Positions 9,911 through 19,057 of a stretch of 64,000 bases of DNA are shown one piece after another. The position numbers were made by a program, and so were the translations under genes. The stretch's first letter is position 1. The number at the start of each line of letters is the position of its first letter. The notes below the pieces were generated by a model. That model worked only from the letters and a program-made list of their open reading frames with translations. It did not search any database and was not told where the DNA came from. Source of the DNA: Phormidesmis sp. (GTDB taxonomy: Bacteria > Cyanobacteriota > Cyanobacteriia > Leptolyngbyales > Leptolyngbyaceae). The stretch is from NCBI GenBank assembly GCA_965248535.1, contig CBDFJR010000002.1:2016001-2080000 (forward strand), in the 5' to 3' direction.

Positions 9911-11035
9911 CTAAAAAAACCGATGAAAATTAGTCAGAAACCCTTGAGGTGACAGCCACTCTAGCCACAACTGACGACACTCTAGCTGAAGGGTTTGAAA
10001 CTGCTCAGGGGTGAGGCGATCGTGAAACTCACGAATGCGCGCCCCCAAATGAGGCAGGTCTTCTTCTTCAACCCAGACACAGTAGCGTTTCCAATCGATC
10101 CACTGCTCAAAGGGAAGTTCACAGTCTGTGTTGATCAGCACCGGAATTCGACCGCAGCTAAGGGTTTCATAAAAGCGATAGGAAAAGTTGCCGCCGCCTC
10201 GTGCACAGAGAATATAGTCACTGTTCAGCATATTCTCAACAAACTGCTGGCGCTTTGACAGCGTTAAGGTCTCAGTGTGGTGAAGCGTATCGCGAATTAA
10301 AAAGTTGCACTCTACGCTGGGGTCTCTAGACAGAATAAAGAGGGCTTGCGATCGTAGCCGCGACCCATAGAGCCACGGCAGCGGGTGCTTAACCAGATTG
10401 ATGCCAACCGTGGAGGCAATTTGGGCTAATTTAGGAATCGCGCCAAGCTGCAAGCGCAGATGATTAGTCAACCGACTTTTGGGTTTAACCAGGGCTTGAT
10501 AGCCGCAGTAGCCGACAACCGGGCGACTAGACTTTGTGCGAAGCTGCACCTGCCCATGGCAGTAGTGTTCAACAAAATCTTCGCTCCAGGCAGGAATCAC
10601 CACCTCGTTAGGCTGACGGGTTGAGCGATCGACTGAAGTCCGAAAGACTCGCGGGTTATCTAACTCAACGGCGGCCGTCGTGTCGTTTAAATAGAAGACC
10701 ACCAAGGGAATATTTTGCGCTGCCGCAGTCTCAGCCATTTGTTTAGCCATCAGCAGCGCTTCTGGATGGGTTGCGTTATGAGACCAGTCAAACGGCAACA
10801 CAGCCACCTGAGCATCGGTCAGCGGAGTCATCTTAAAGAGAGAGGGGCTGATGTCAGTGTGGCGATCGTAGCGACGACTGTTTGGGTTCGCTAAATCTTC
10901 GGCATTTTTACCCCAAAAGGCATAGAGAAGGGCGATATGAGGCAAGCCATCGGGCAGATAGCGCCGATCTGAGTAGAGATGCAACTGTTTTGCAGCCAGT
11001 TTTTCTTTGGTATCAAAAGCGTTTGTCATATCCAA
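9911..11035 (-). CDS. Exostosin-like (GT47-type) glycosyltransferase
   Basis: SDYILCARGGGNFSYRFYETLSCGRIPV ... LPFEQWIDW motif. Confidence 0.78.
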   Translation of the reverse strand: MDMTNAFDTKEKLAAKQLHLYSDRRYLPDGLPHIALLYAFWGKNAEDLANPNSRRYDRHTDISPSLFKMTPLTDAQVAVLPFDWSHNATHPEALLMAKQMAETAAAQNIPLVVFYLNDTTAAVELDNPRVFRTSVDRSTRQPNEVVIPAWSEDFVEHYCHGQVQLRTKSSRPVVGYCGYQALVKPKSRLTNHLRLQLGAIPKLAQIASTVGINLVKHPLPWLYGSRLRSQALFILSRDPSVECNFLIRDTLHHTETLTLSKRQQFVENMLNSDYILCARGGGNFSYRFYETLSCGRIPVLINTDCELPFEQWIDWKRYCVWVEEEDLPHLGARIREFHDRLTPEQFQTLQLECRQLWLEWLSPQGFLTNFHRFF

Positions 11036-11640
11036 ATTCGCTTGAGGGTCTCATCGTTCTAATGCTGATTAGAAAGTCTGGTTGAATGCATTAGCGTTCC
11101 TGTTCATCACAGTGTTCACAAATTTGAGCACACGTTCTCCACAATTCGGCCTTCTTGTGGGTTGACAAGATAAAGGCTTCGTTGGAGAAACTGAGATCAA
11201 AATGACCGTCAAAGCTCACTCCGAAACAGGGCTAAAGCATGTTTAGTTAGCGATGTAAACAGTTCAAAATTTTTCTGGTCAAGGCACAGAAGCGCGCGCT
11301 CAGAGAACGGCTGCCTGAAAACCTCTCGTTTAATAGTGGATGTTAAATATTTATATCAGGGTTCAGCCTCTTTCTACGAATGATTGAGATTTCCCTTAGT
11401 TCCAAATCTTTACAAATCTGTAATTTCGACCTTGATGCACCGTTAGACTCCGCAATTTTCACTAGGGCTTAGTGGTTCCACTGTATCAGCCCAGGTTCCA
11501 ACGAATAATACGCTAGGTCAGAATTTACACTAGCTTCAAGATTTCTTTAATATCATCAAGTTATGAGCCGAGAATCGGGATTCTATTCTAGTGATAGTGT
11601 TTCAGATCTAATGGATTTCACTAATAGGGGCTGCAATCCA

Positions 11641-11901
11641 CTAGTAATCGAGATCACTAGCTGACAGGAGGGGGATTTCTGGTTCTTGTTCAAGCTTTTT
11701 GAGCAGTTCTAAATAAGCAAAGGGAATCACAAAGATCCAGAGTGTGACTGCGATCGCGATGATCAGCAGTCCGGCTTGTTTCTCTAAACTCGATAGCCGA
11801 GAATCGCGCTTAAAAAATGCCAGCCAGCGAATAGTCAGCAGAAACACAACCAGCAAGTAAAACGCAGCTAGCACAATCAGTAGTATCGTCATGAAAATCA
11901 C
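11641..11901 (-). CDS. Small two-helix membrane protein, hypothetical
   Basis: 86-aa ORF with two hydrophobic segments in otherwise ORF-free DNA. Confidence 0.6.
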   Translation of the reverse strand: MIFMTILLIVLAAFYLLVVFLLTIRWLAFFKRDSRLSSLEKQAGLLIIAIAVTLWIFVIPFAYLELLKKLEQEPEIPLLSASDLDY

Positions 11902-12427
11902 GATTTAAGTCAAAATATTGCTGAGATTTGATATCTCACAAACTAAGGCTTTGTTAAAGATGCTACCCAGCTTCAGGAGGCGTTGAAGGAATGGATGCTA
12001 TGGGGCCATCGTCATAAGTCAGTCAATCAGCTTTGATGACTACGGTTCAACCCTAGAGAGATTAAAATTTGGCAGTGCAAATCTCTCAGTAAATTTAATG
12101 TACTGTCGTGGATATAACTAGCCCTTGTACGGATGCTTCACGAAAAAAATATACAGCGTGGCTTCGTTAAGTTTTCTATCAGCATTGACTTGCATGATTC
12201 GGTCATGTTCTAGAAGTGAACGTATGAAGATTTTTAGCCAGATGCGTTTGCTAAACTCAATTTAATCAGAGAATCGGTGACTACTTGTTAACGAATTGTT
12301 CCCTACGACGTTAGCCCACAGTTTGCCCCCTCTTCAGCTTGGGGCTGCTCAAAAATCGTGCAGTTGGATCAGCGATCGTCGGGCAGCGTTGAAAACCTAA
12401 GACATTTATAGTATTGGAAGCACCTAG

Positions 12428-13678
12428 ATGAACGTGGGAATTTTTTATGAAGAAGCCATGTCAACCCAGGGAGATCACTACACGTTTACGAGCGACATTC
12501 TTCAGGCAATTCTCAGCTTAGAGTCTGAAAGTTCTCATAATTTCGTCGTTATTTCTGATGCCCCTAAGCGACCACAGTGGTTGTCTTCTTTTAGCAAGGT
12601 TCGTTATCTTTCGATGCAGGCCAGCCCTAAACAACGCTTTCGCTATCGGGTTGCAGGTCTGAAAACGGCGATTCGAGCAGCGCTGAGACATCCGCGAAAC
12701 CTCTCGAAAACACCTAACTGGAACTCTCAGTTTGTTGAAGATCAGTTAATCGCTAACTACATTGATGTGGTCTGGAGTATTGGGGTTAGCTGCCTATCAA
12801 TGGAAGTGCCTTACATCATGACGGTTTGGAATTTACAACACCGCCTCCAGCCCTACTTTCCAGAGGTGAGCAATCAAGGCCGCTGGCAGGAACAAGAATA
12901 TGGATGGACTGAACAGAAACCGGGTTATGCCATGAGTTTGAGGCGAGCTACGTTTATTTTGACCGGAACGGAAGTTAGCAAAGCCGAAATTGGACAATTT
13001 TATCAGGTGCCTAGTGAGCGAGTTAAGGTGTTGCCATTTCCGGTTCCCCAATTTGCGTTAGACGCTAACCCCGACAGCGATCGACAGGTTTTGGAGGTCT
13101 ATCATCTGCAAAACGGTTATTTATTTTATCCGGCATCGTTTTGCCCTCACGAAAATCATGTCAATCTGCTGCTGGCGATTCGGGAACTGCGGGATGAGCA
13201 TCATCTAATTTTTTCGGTGGTGTTTAGTGGTGCAGACCAAGGCAATTTGTCTTATGTCAAAGAGCTAGCTGAGGAATTTGGGCTATCTGCTCACGTTAAG
13301 TTTTTAGGAGTTGTGCCTCAAAAAGATCTAGTGGCGCTCTACCGCAATGCCCTCGCACTGACGTTTGTGACGTTTTTTGGGTCTGACCTAGCATCGCCTC
13401 TAGCAGCTTTTGCCTTGGGCTGTCCGGTGATTGCGTCCGACTTTGCAGGCACTCAAGAGCAGCTAGCAGACGCAGCGCTTTTAGTCAAGCCTCAAGACCC
13501 CAAACAGATCGCGGCCGCGATCAAACAATTGTGGGAAGACTCAGCATTACGCCAGACGTTGATCGATCGGGGCAAAATCCGATCAGCTAGACAAACCCGA
13601 TCGGGCTATGTGCGCCGCGTTTTTGCGATTTTAGATGAGTTTGCCGCCATTCGCCGCTGCTGGCATCGGAGCAGGTGA
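12428..13678 (+). CDS. GT4-like glycosyltransferase with degenerate catalytic motifs
   Basis: GT-B features (YLFYPAS, FLGVVPQKDLVALY, ALGCPVIASD), but the EX7E motif reads D-LASPLA-A. Confidence 0.75.
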   Translation: MNVGIFYEEAMSTQGDHYTFTSDILQAILSLESESSHNFVVISDAPKRPQWLSSFSKVRYLSMQASPKQRFRYRVAGLKTAIRAALRHPRNLSKTPNWNSQFVEDQLIANYIDVVWSIGVSCLSMEVPYIMTVWNLQHRLQPYFPEVSNQGRWQEQEYGWTEQKPGYAMSLRRATFILTGTEVSKAEIGQFYQVPSERVKVLPFPVPQFALDANPDSDRQVLEVYHLQNGYLFYPASFCPHENHVNLLLAIRELRDEHHLIFSVVFSGADQGNLSYVKELAEEFGLSAHVKFLGVVPQKDLVALYRNALALTFVTFFGSDLASPLAAFALGCPVIASDFAGTQEQLADAALLVKPQDPKQIAAAIKQLWEDSALRQTLIDRGKIRSARQTRSGYVRRVFAILDEFAAIRRCWHRSR

Positions 13679-13681
13679 GCC

Positions 13682-14587
13682 TTAGACTTTTGCCGTTTGT
13701 TGCTGCATAATCCACATCACGGCATAGTAGTAAACCGTGAACAAAATCGTTGCAAAAATCTGTCCGCCCCAAGCACCATGCCAAAACTCAAAGGAAGCTT
13801 TGCCCCAATAAACCGCCGCAAACGTCAGCAGCACAATGCGAGGAATGTTGAAAATCAGGGCTAACATCACGCCGACTCCCATCATTGCCAGGATGTTGAG
13901 ACGACTCTGCTTGAACCACAGTCCCATCAGCAGGCTCGCCCCCGCCATGGTGACCGCCATTTCAAACCCATTGCACACAAACCCAATCTGAACCGCACCA
14001 GAGGGCAACTCAATGATAAATTCTTTAGCGATCGCGGGTTGCCCGATCGCTTGCAGGGCCAAACTGCCCGCCCAAGCCATCAAATTTTCAAGATAGTGAA
14101 CAGGCGTGACGGTCTTCCAAACTTCTCGGAGCGCGTAAGTCCAATCTGGGTAAAGGCTGACTAGAATGAGGACACTCTGGAGCGCATACTGTTTGAAAAA
14201 ACGGATTCCCCAAGAGCTATAGGCAACCGCAATCAAAATCACGGCCCAGAGCAGCGCTCTGAGCGAAACCGATGAAAAGCTAACCGCAAACAGGGCCGCA
14301 CTCCCAAAAATAATCAGATACCCTGTCAGTCGCTCTTCGTCAGTCGCGATCAGCCGGGTGAGGGAGGCGCGGTGTTTCCACAAATGGTCAAACCCCAAGT
14401 AGAAAAAGCCCAGATTGAAGATCATATTAGATGACCCATGCAGCGAGACATCGACGGCAACTTTGAGCCAGTCGGGTAAATAGAGCAACCCCATCAGCAG
14501 ACCAAACGTCACGATGCGATGGTGGGGCGTAGAGAGACTAGACTGGGCTAACCGAACAACGCCCTGTTGAATTTTTTGCTGGTTCAT
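13682..14587 (-). CDS. crtC: Cyanoexosortase (type C-like)
   Basis: Multi-TM protein with exosortase Cys (VCNG), Arg (NIPR) and His (FWHG) motifs; next to HpsJ-like and PTPA-CTERM genes. Confidence 0.8.
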   Translation of the reverse strand: MNQQKIQQGVVRLAQSSLSTPHHRIVTFGLLMGLLYLPDWLKVAVDVSLHGSSNMIFNLGFFYLGFDHLWKHRASLTRLIATDEERLTGYLIIFGSAALFAVSFSSVSLRALLWAVILIAVAYSSWGIRFFKQYALQSVLILVSLYPDWTYALREVWKTVTPVHYLENLMAWAGSLALQAIGQPAIAKEFIIELPSGAVQIGFVCNGFEMAVTMAGASLLMGLWFKQSRLNILAMMGVGVMLALIFNIPRIVLLTFAAVYWGKASFEFWHGAWGGQIFATILFTVYYYAVMWIMQQQTAKV

Positions 14588-14675
14588 AGCCTAAGGGCGT
14601 TCACTTGCACAATGATGCGATGGCGACCCATTTTTTAAGGCGCGATCGGTTTATAGAATCGGGTTGCCCCGTTGC

Positions 14676-15278
14676 TCAAGCTTTAGAGGGGCGATTGCCA
14701 TATTGCCCTAACCCAATCAGCGCAACCCCAATCACCAGTAGGTTGCCGATGCTCGAAAGACTGGTTTTGACGATACCAGTTTTGGCATTGTTCTTGAGGG
14801 TGGTCGCTTGTTGGGTCAAGGCTTGAGACGCTTTTTGAATGTCTTCTGAGGTGACCTTGACATTGCCCCGACTGGAGCCTGGCTGCACAGCTTGAATTTG
14901 ATTTTGCAGCGTTGAGGCTTGAGCGCTAATCGTGTTGGCCGCCGCTTCTTGAAACGATAGCCCGTCTCTGATCACTAGCACGCAAGACAAACTGAAGAGA
15001 ACGCCCAAAACCAGACAGGCGATCGCTAACCGTTTGCGTAATCGACGAGTCTCAATGCTGCCATACATCAACAGCGCTAACCCAAATAGCAAAATAATGC
15101 TGCGATCGCTGACCTGTTGCAGCAATGCAATCCGCCATTCAATGTTTCCAAAGGCGGGTGGAAATAGAATCGATAACACATCAATGATGAAGCCAGCAAC
15201 GCAGGCGACTCCGACAATGCGACAGATCCCTTTAGGGCTATAGGTCGTGACAAGAGGTTGAGAAGAAACTGTAGTCAT
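14676..15278 (-). CDS. hpsJ: HpsJ-like cyanoexosortase-associated membrane protein
   Basis: Four TM helices, EWR..LLQQVSDRSIILLFG motif and Gln-rich periplasmic segment; adjacent to the exosortase. Confidence 0.75.
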   Translation of the reverse strand: MTTVSSQPLVTTYSPKGICRIVGVACVAGFIIDVLSILFPPAFGNIEWRIALLQQVSDRSIILLFGLALLMYGSIETRRLRKRLAIACLVLGVLFSLSCVLVIRDGLSFQEAAANTISAQASTLQNQIQAVQPGSSRGNVKVTSEDIQKASQALTQQATTLKNNAKTGIVKTSLSSIGNLLVIGVALIGLGQYGNRPSKA

Positions 15279-15528
15279 AGAAGTTAGAACAACTGATTAA
15301 ATGCTGGCTGAATTCTGTTTCAAGCGGTTAGCGTGCAACCCGGATGTTTAATGGAAAGTTTGAAATCAAAATTATTGACTGTTATAAACTCATCTCTACA
15401 TCGTTCGTCAGCAATGGGGCGACCTCAATGAAAGGCAAGCCAAAATGGGCGACGTGTAGGCACGATCGCGCCCCTGACTTGCCTGACCTAATGAGGTCTT
15501 AGCGACTCAGCAAATCCTTCACAAAAGC

Positions 15529-16140
15529 CTAAGCTTCTGCGCCGACTGCCTCTGCTGCCGCTTTCTTGCGCTTGCGTAGCACGCCCATGCCCAAACCAAT
15601 GACCGCAGGTAATAGCGCGGGCGTTGGGATCGCAGCAATTGATGCAGAGTAGGTAGTAGGATTCTTCACAGATAGCTGTGACGTGAACAGACCACCATTT
15701 GCAGCAATGGAGTCAGCACCACTTTTGAAGAATCCTTTAAAGCTTGCACTCCCATCAGCATTGTTGTAGATGAAATCCGTAAGATCGAAGCTAATGCCTG
15801 CTCCAATGTTCGTGATGAAGTTAGCTACTGAACCAGTGTGAAAGAAGCCACCTCCGAGGGCGGTTAAAGACAGATTTTGAATGGGAGCCTCACCTCCCGC
15901 GCCAGCAAAACTACCAGTGCCCGTAGGGGCGATCGTAGTCTTTAGAGCGTTACCTCCAAAAGAGGAGAATAAAAGTTGAAGGGGGGAAATGTTACCGGGT
16001 TGAGCTTGAACCACTCCACCAATGTCGAGAGCACTACCAGGAGCGATGCTAAATGCTTGAGCAGAAGAAGGAGCGATCGTTGCAGCAGATACGGCGATCG
16101 CTGCCGCTGCTACTCCAAGTAAAGGAGATTTGAAATTCAT
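15529..16140 (-). CDS. PTPA-CTERM sorting-domain surface protein
   Basis: Signal peptide ending AQA; C-terminal IPTPALLPAVIGLGMGVLRKRKK (motif, TM helix, basic tail). Confidence 0.9.
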   Translation of the reverse strand: MNFKSPLLGVAAAAIAVSAATIAPSSAQAFSIAPGSALDIGGVVQAQPGNISPLQLLFSSFGGNALKTTIAPTGTGSFAGAGGEAPIQNLSLTALGGGFFHTGSVANFITNIGAGISFDLTDFIYNNADGSASFKGFFKSGADSIAANGGLFTSQLSVKNPTTYSASIAAIPTPALLPAVIGLGMGVLRKRKKAAAEAVGAEA

Positions 16141-16453
16141 GACTTTAACCTACTAACGTTTAGGGTTGTTCGACTGGAAGGCATCGAACAGAACCTAGCA
16201 GGCAATCCGTCTCAATTCGGCACTGAGAATTTTTTAGTGATGAAACTAAACCCAGGCTGAAAGAGATTCTTCCATGTGGATAGCCTGGTAATGCACGTTA
16301 ATCCTGATTTCTTAAAATCTATCGCTGCGTTTCACTGACAGTCTGATCTGTCTATGCACTTTAGCATGGTACGCAATTTCACCAGTTTTGCCATCAGCCG
16401 ATGAATAACTTTATCGCCAATTCACACAACCTCACGGCAGTAAGATCAGTAAC

Positions 16454-17635
16454 TTACAAAACAGCGCCCGTGTTTCCCGACGTAAAAGTCTGCTCGGCGG
16501 CGACCCGTTTGAGCAGTTGGGCAACTTTTTGGCAAGTGCCCTCTATGTGAAACGTTTGGCTGGCATATTGATAAGCACGCTGCGCGATCGTCGCCGCCTG
16601 TTCTGAATTAGCTCGACACTCATTGATCACATCAGATAACTGCATCGGGTCATTGGCAGAAACTAACCACCCCGTGCCCCCCGGCTCAATCAATTCCACC
16701 ACGCCTCCAGCAGCAGTAGCCACAACCGGACGTTGACACAGCATGGCCTCGACAATGACTCGACCAAAAGGTTCTGGCGAGGTTGACGTGTGAGCGATCA
16801 ACTCACAGGCGCTCATCAACTCAGAGATATCAGCCCGAAAGCCGAGAAACCTGACCCGATCGCCCAGACCCAACTCAGCCACTTGTTGATGGAGACGCTC
16901 AACGTAGGCATCTTCGCCAAACAGCGCATCTCCTACAAACAGCGCCACCACCTCTTGAGGGCAGTGAGCTAACGCCTCTAACAAGACATGCTGCCCTTTC
17001 CAGGGAGACAGGCGGCTAAAGCAGCCCACCACAAAGCGACCCTCTAAGTCAAGCTCTTGCCGCAGTCGCAAAACAGCGTCAGGCGAGCTTTTAAACTGCT
17101 CTAGCCTAAACCCGTTATAGATCACCTCGGTGAGGGTTGCCTTGCCACCAGCTTCTATAAAAGCCGTCTGGGTCGCTCTTGAGTTGGCTACGACTCGCTC
17201 TGCAAACCAATTGGTCAAAATTGGAACTAGCCGCAGGTTAATCGGGCTGAAATGCTCTGGGGTGAGAATGTCGTGCAAAAAATGCACCAGCGGGCGGCGA
17301 CTGAGAAAACTCGCGATCGCTCCCACCACTAGAGCTTTAGCAGTGTTTGTGCAAATGACATCATAGTCTCGACTCAGCTTGGTCACCTCAGCAATCAAGG
17401 GCACAATCTGCCCCAAACTTAAAACGCTTTGCCAGAAAGAACTGTCTCGCTTAACCGCGATCGCTTGCTTGCCCAACACCCGCACCGGAATGTGGTCTTG
17501 CTCTAGCCGAGTTTTAAACGACCCGTCAGCCATCAGCCCGACCAAACACGAGCTTTGATACTGTCGAGCGATATCGAGCAGAAACAGTTCTGCGCCTCCT
17601 AGCACTCCACTGTGATCTAAAAACAAAATTTTCAT
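16454..17635 (-). CDS. Glycosyltransferase family 4 (Alr3699-like), paralog A
   Basis: MKILFLDHSGVLGGAE, FSRLSPWKGQH and PEPFGRVIVEAM motifs; start set at MKILF. Confidence 0.9.
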   Translation of the reverse strand: MKILFLDHSGVLGGAELFLLDIARQYQSSCLVGLMADGSFKTRLEQDHIPVRVLGKQAIAVKRDSSFWQSVLSLGQIVPLIAEVTKLSRDYDVICTNTAKALVVGAIASFLSRRPLVHFLHDILTPEHFSPINLRLVPILTNWFAERVVANSRATQTAFIEAGGKATLTEVIYNGFRLEQFKSSPDAVLRLRQELDLEGRFVVGCFSRLSPWKGQHVLLEALAHCPQEVVALFVGDALFGEDAYVERLHQQVAELGLGDRVRFLGFRADISELMSACELIAHTSTSPEPFGRVIVEAMLCQRPVVATAAGGVVELIEPGGTGWLVSANDPMQLSDVINECRANSEQAATIAQRAYQYASQTFHIEGTCQKVAQLLKRVAAEQTFTSGNTGAVL

Positions 17636-17775
17636 AGCGTCAGCTTTTTGAGAGTGAGAAGGGTTTAGGAAACAACACATCACCCCAATCCTAATACGAA
17701 GGGACAGAAGAAGAATCTGCCAAAGCACTCATTCATTGAATGTTTTTAATTCATGACTTAATTATCGGATGTCTA

Positions 17776-18924
17776 CTAATTTTCTGCGATCAGATTTTCT
17801 AAAAGCTGGTCAAACTGTTGGCAAGTTTTATCCAAATGAAACGTCTGACTGGCATATTGATGGGCGCGTTGCACGATCGCTGCTGACGCTTCTGGTTGAG
17901 TTCGACACCTGTTGACCACTCGCGCTAACCTGATCGGATCATTGGCGGGCACTAACCACCCCGTTCGGTTAGATTCGATTAGTTCTACGACTCCTCCGGC
18001 GGCGGTAGCCACGATCGGTCTGCGACACAACATCGCTTCGATAATCACGCGGCCAAACGGCTCTGGCGCTGTAGACGTATGGGCAACCAAATCGCAAGCG
18101 CCCATCAGACTAGACACATCAGCCCGAAAGCCCAGAAACTTGACCCGATCGCCCAGCCCCAACTCAGCCACTTGTTCATGCAGGTGCTCAACATAGTCAT
18201 CTTCACCGAATAAGGCATCGCCGACCAACAAGACCGTTACATTTTGAGGACAGTAGGTGAGCGCTTCTAGCAAAACATGCTGCCCTTTCCAGGGAGACAA
18301 ACGGCTAAAACTGCCGACCACAAACTGCCCCTCTAGCCCAAGCTTCTGCCGTATCTGGGGAGCCTTTTCGGGTGACTGTTGAAAGCGATCGGGCACAAAA
18401 CCGTTATAGATTACTTCTGTGAGGTGCGCTTTGCCGCCCGCCGCAACAAAGGCTGCTTGCGTTGCTTTAGAGTTGGCAATCACTTTCACCGCACAGGTGT
18501 TAGCGAGGGCAACTGCAATGTGCAGATTTGCTGGGCTGAAGTGCTCGGCAGAGAGAATGTCTCGCAGATAATGAACCAGCGGGCGACGGCTAATCAAGCT
18601 AGCGAGGGCACCGATCACCATCGCCTTTTGAGTATTCGTGCAGATCACATCATAGTCTCGACTGAGGCGTGCGATCTTGACAATCAACGGCAGCAATCGA
18701 TGGAGATGCGTGAGACTTTGCCAAAAACTGCTGTCTCGATTGATCGTCACTAGCCGATCGGTCAGCACCTTAACCGGAATGTGCTCTTGTTCTAATCGCG
18801 TTTTAAATGAACCCTCCGCCAGCAGACCCACCAAACAAGAATCCTGATAGCAACGAGCAAGATCCAACAAAGAGAGTTCTGCACCCCCTAAAACACCACT
18901 ATGATCTAGGAATAGAATTTTCAT
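17776..18924 (-). CDS. Glycosyltransferase family 4 (Alr3699-like), paralog B
   Basis: Same motifs as paralog A; tandem duplicate. Confidence 0.9.
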   Translation of the reverse strand: MKILFLDHSGVLGGAELSLLDLARCYQDSCLVGLLAEGSFKTRLEQEHIPVKVLTDRLVTINRDSSFWQSLTHLHRLLPLIVKIARLSRDYDVICTNTQKAMVIGALASLISRRPLVHYLRDILSAEHFSPANLHIAVALANTCAVKVIANSKATQAAFVAAGGKAHLTEVIYNGFVPDRFQQSPEKAPQIRQKLGLEGQFVVGSFSRLSPWKGQHVLLEALTYCPQNVTVLLVGDALFGEDDYVEHLHEQVAELGLGDRVKFLGFRADVSSLMGACDLVAHTSTAPEPFGRVIIEAMLCRRPIVATAAGGVVELIESNRTGWLVPANDPIRLARVVNRCRTQPEASAAIVQRAHQYASQTFHLDKTCQQFDQLLENLIAEN

Positions 18925-18981
18925 AGAGAGAATGCTCAGTGAATGAGGGTCGATCGAGAAGAGGGGGCTAACTTCAGATCT

Positions 18982-19006
18982 TGCCTCAAGCCTGGAGAGT
19001 TTGAGG
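18982..19006. other. Intergenic stem-loop
   Basis: GCCTCAAGC-7nt-GTTTGAGGC inverted repeat between two GT genes. Confidence 0.4.
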
Positions 19007-19057
19007 CGTTCAATCCTGTGGCAATGCTGGGCCCTGATGGGCAGTCACCTTCACCGA

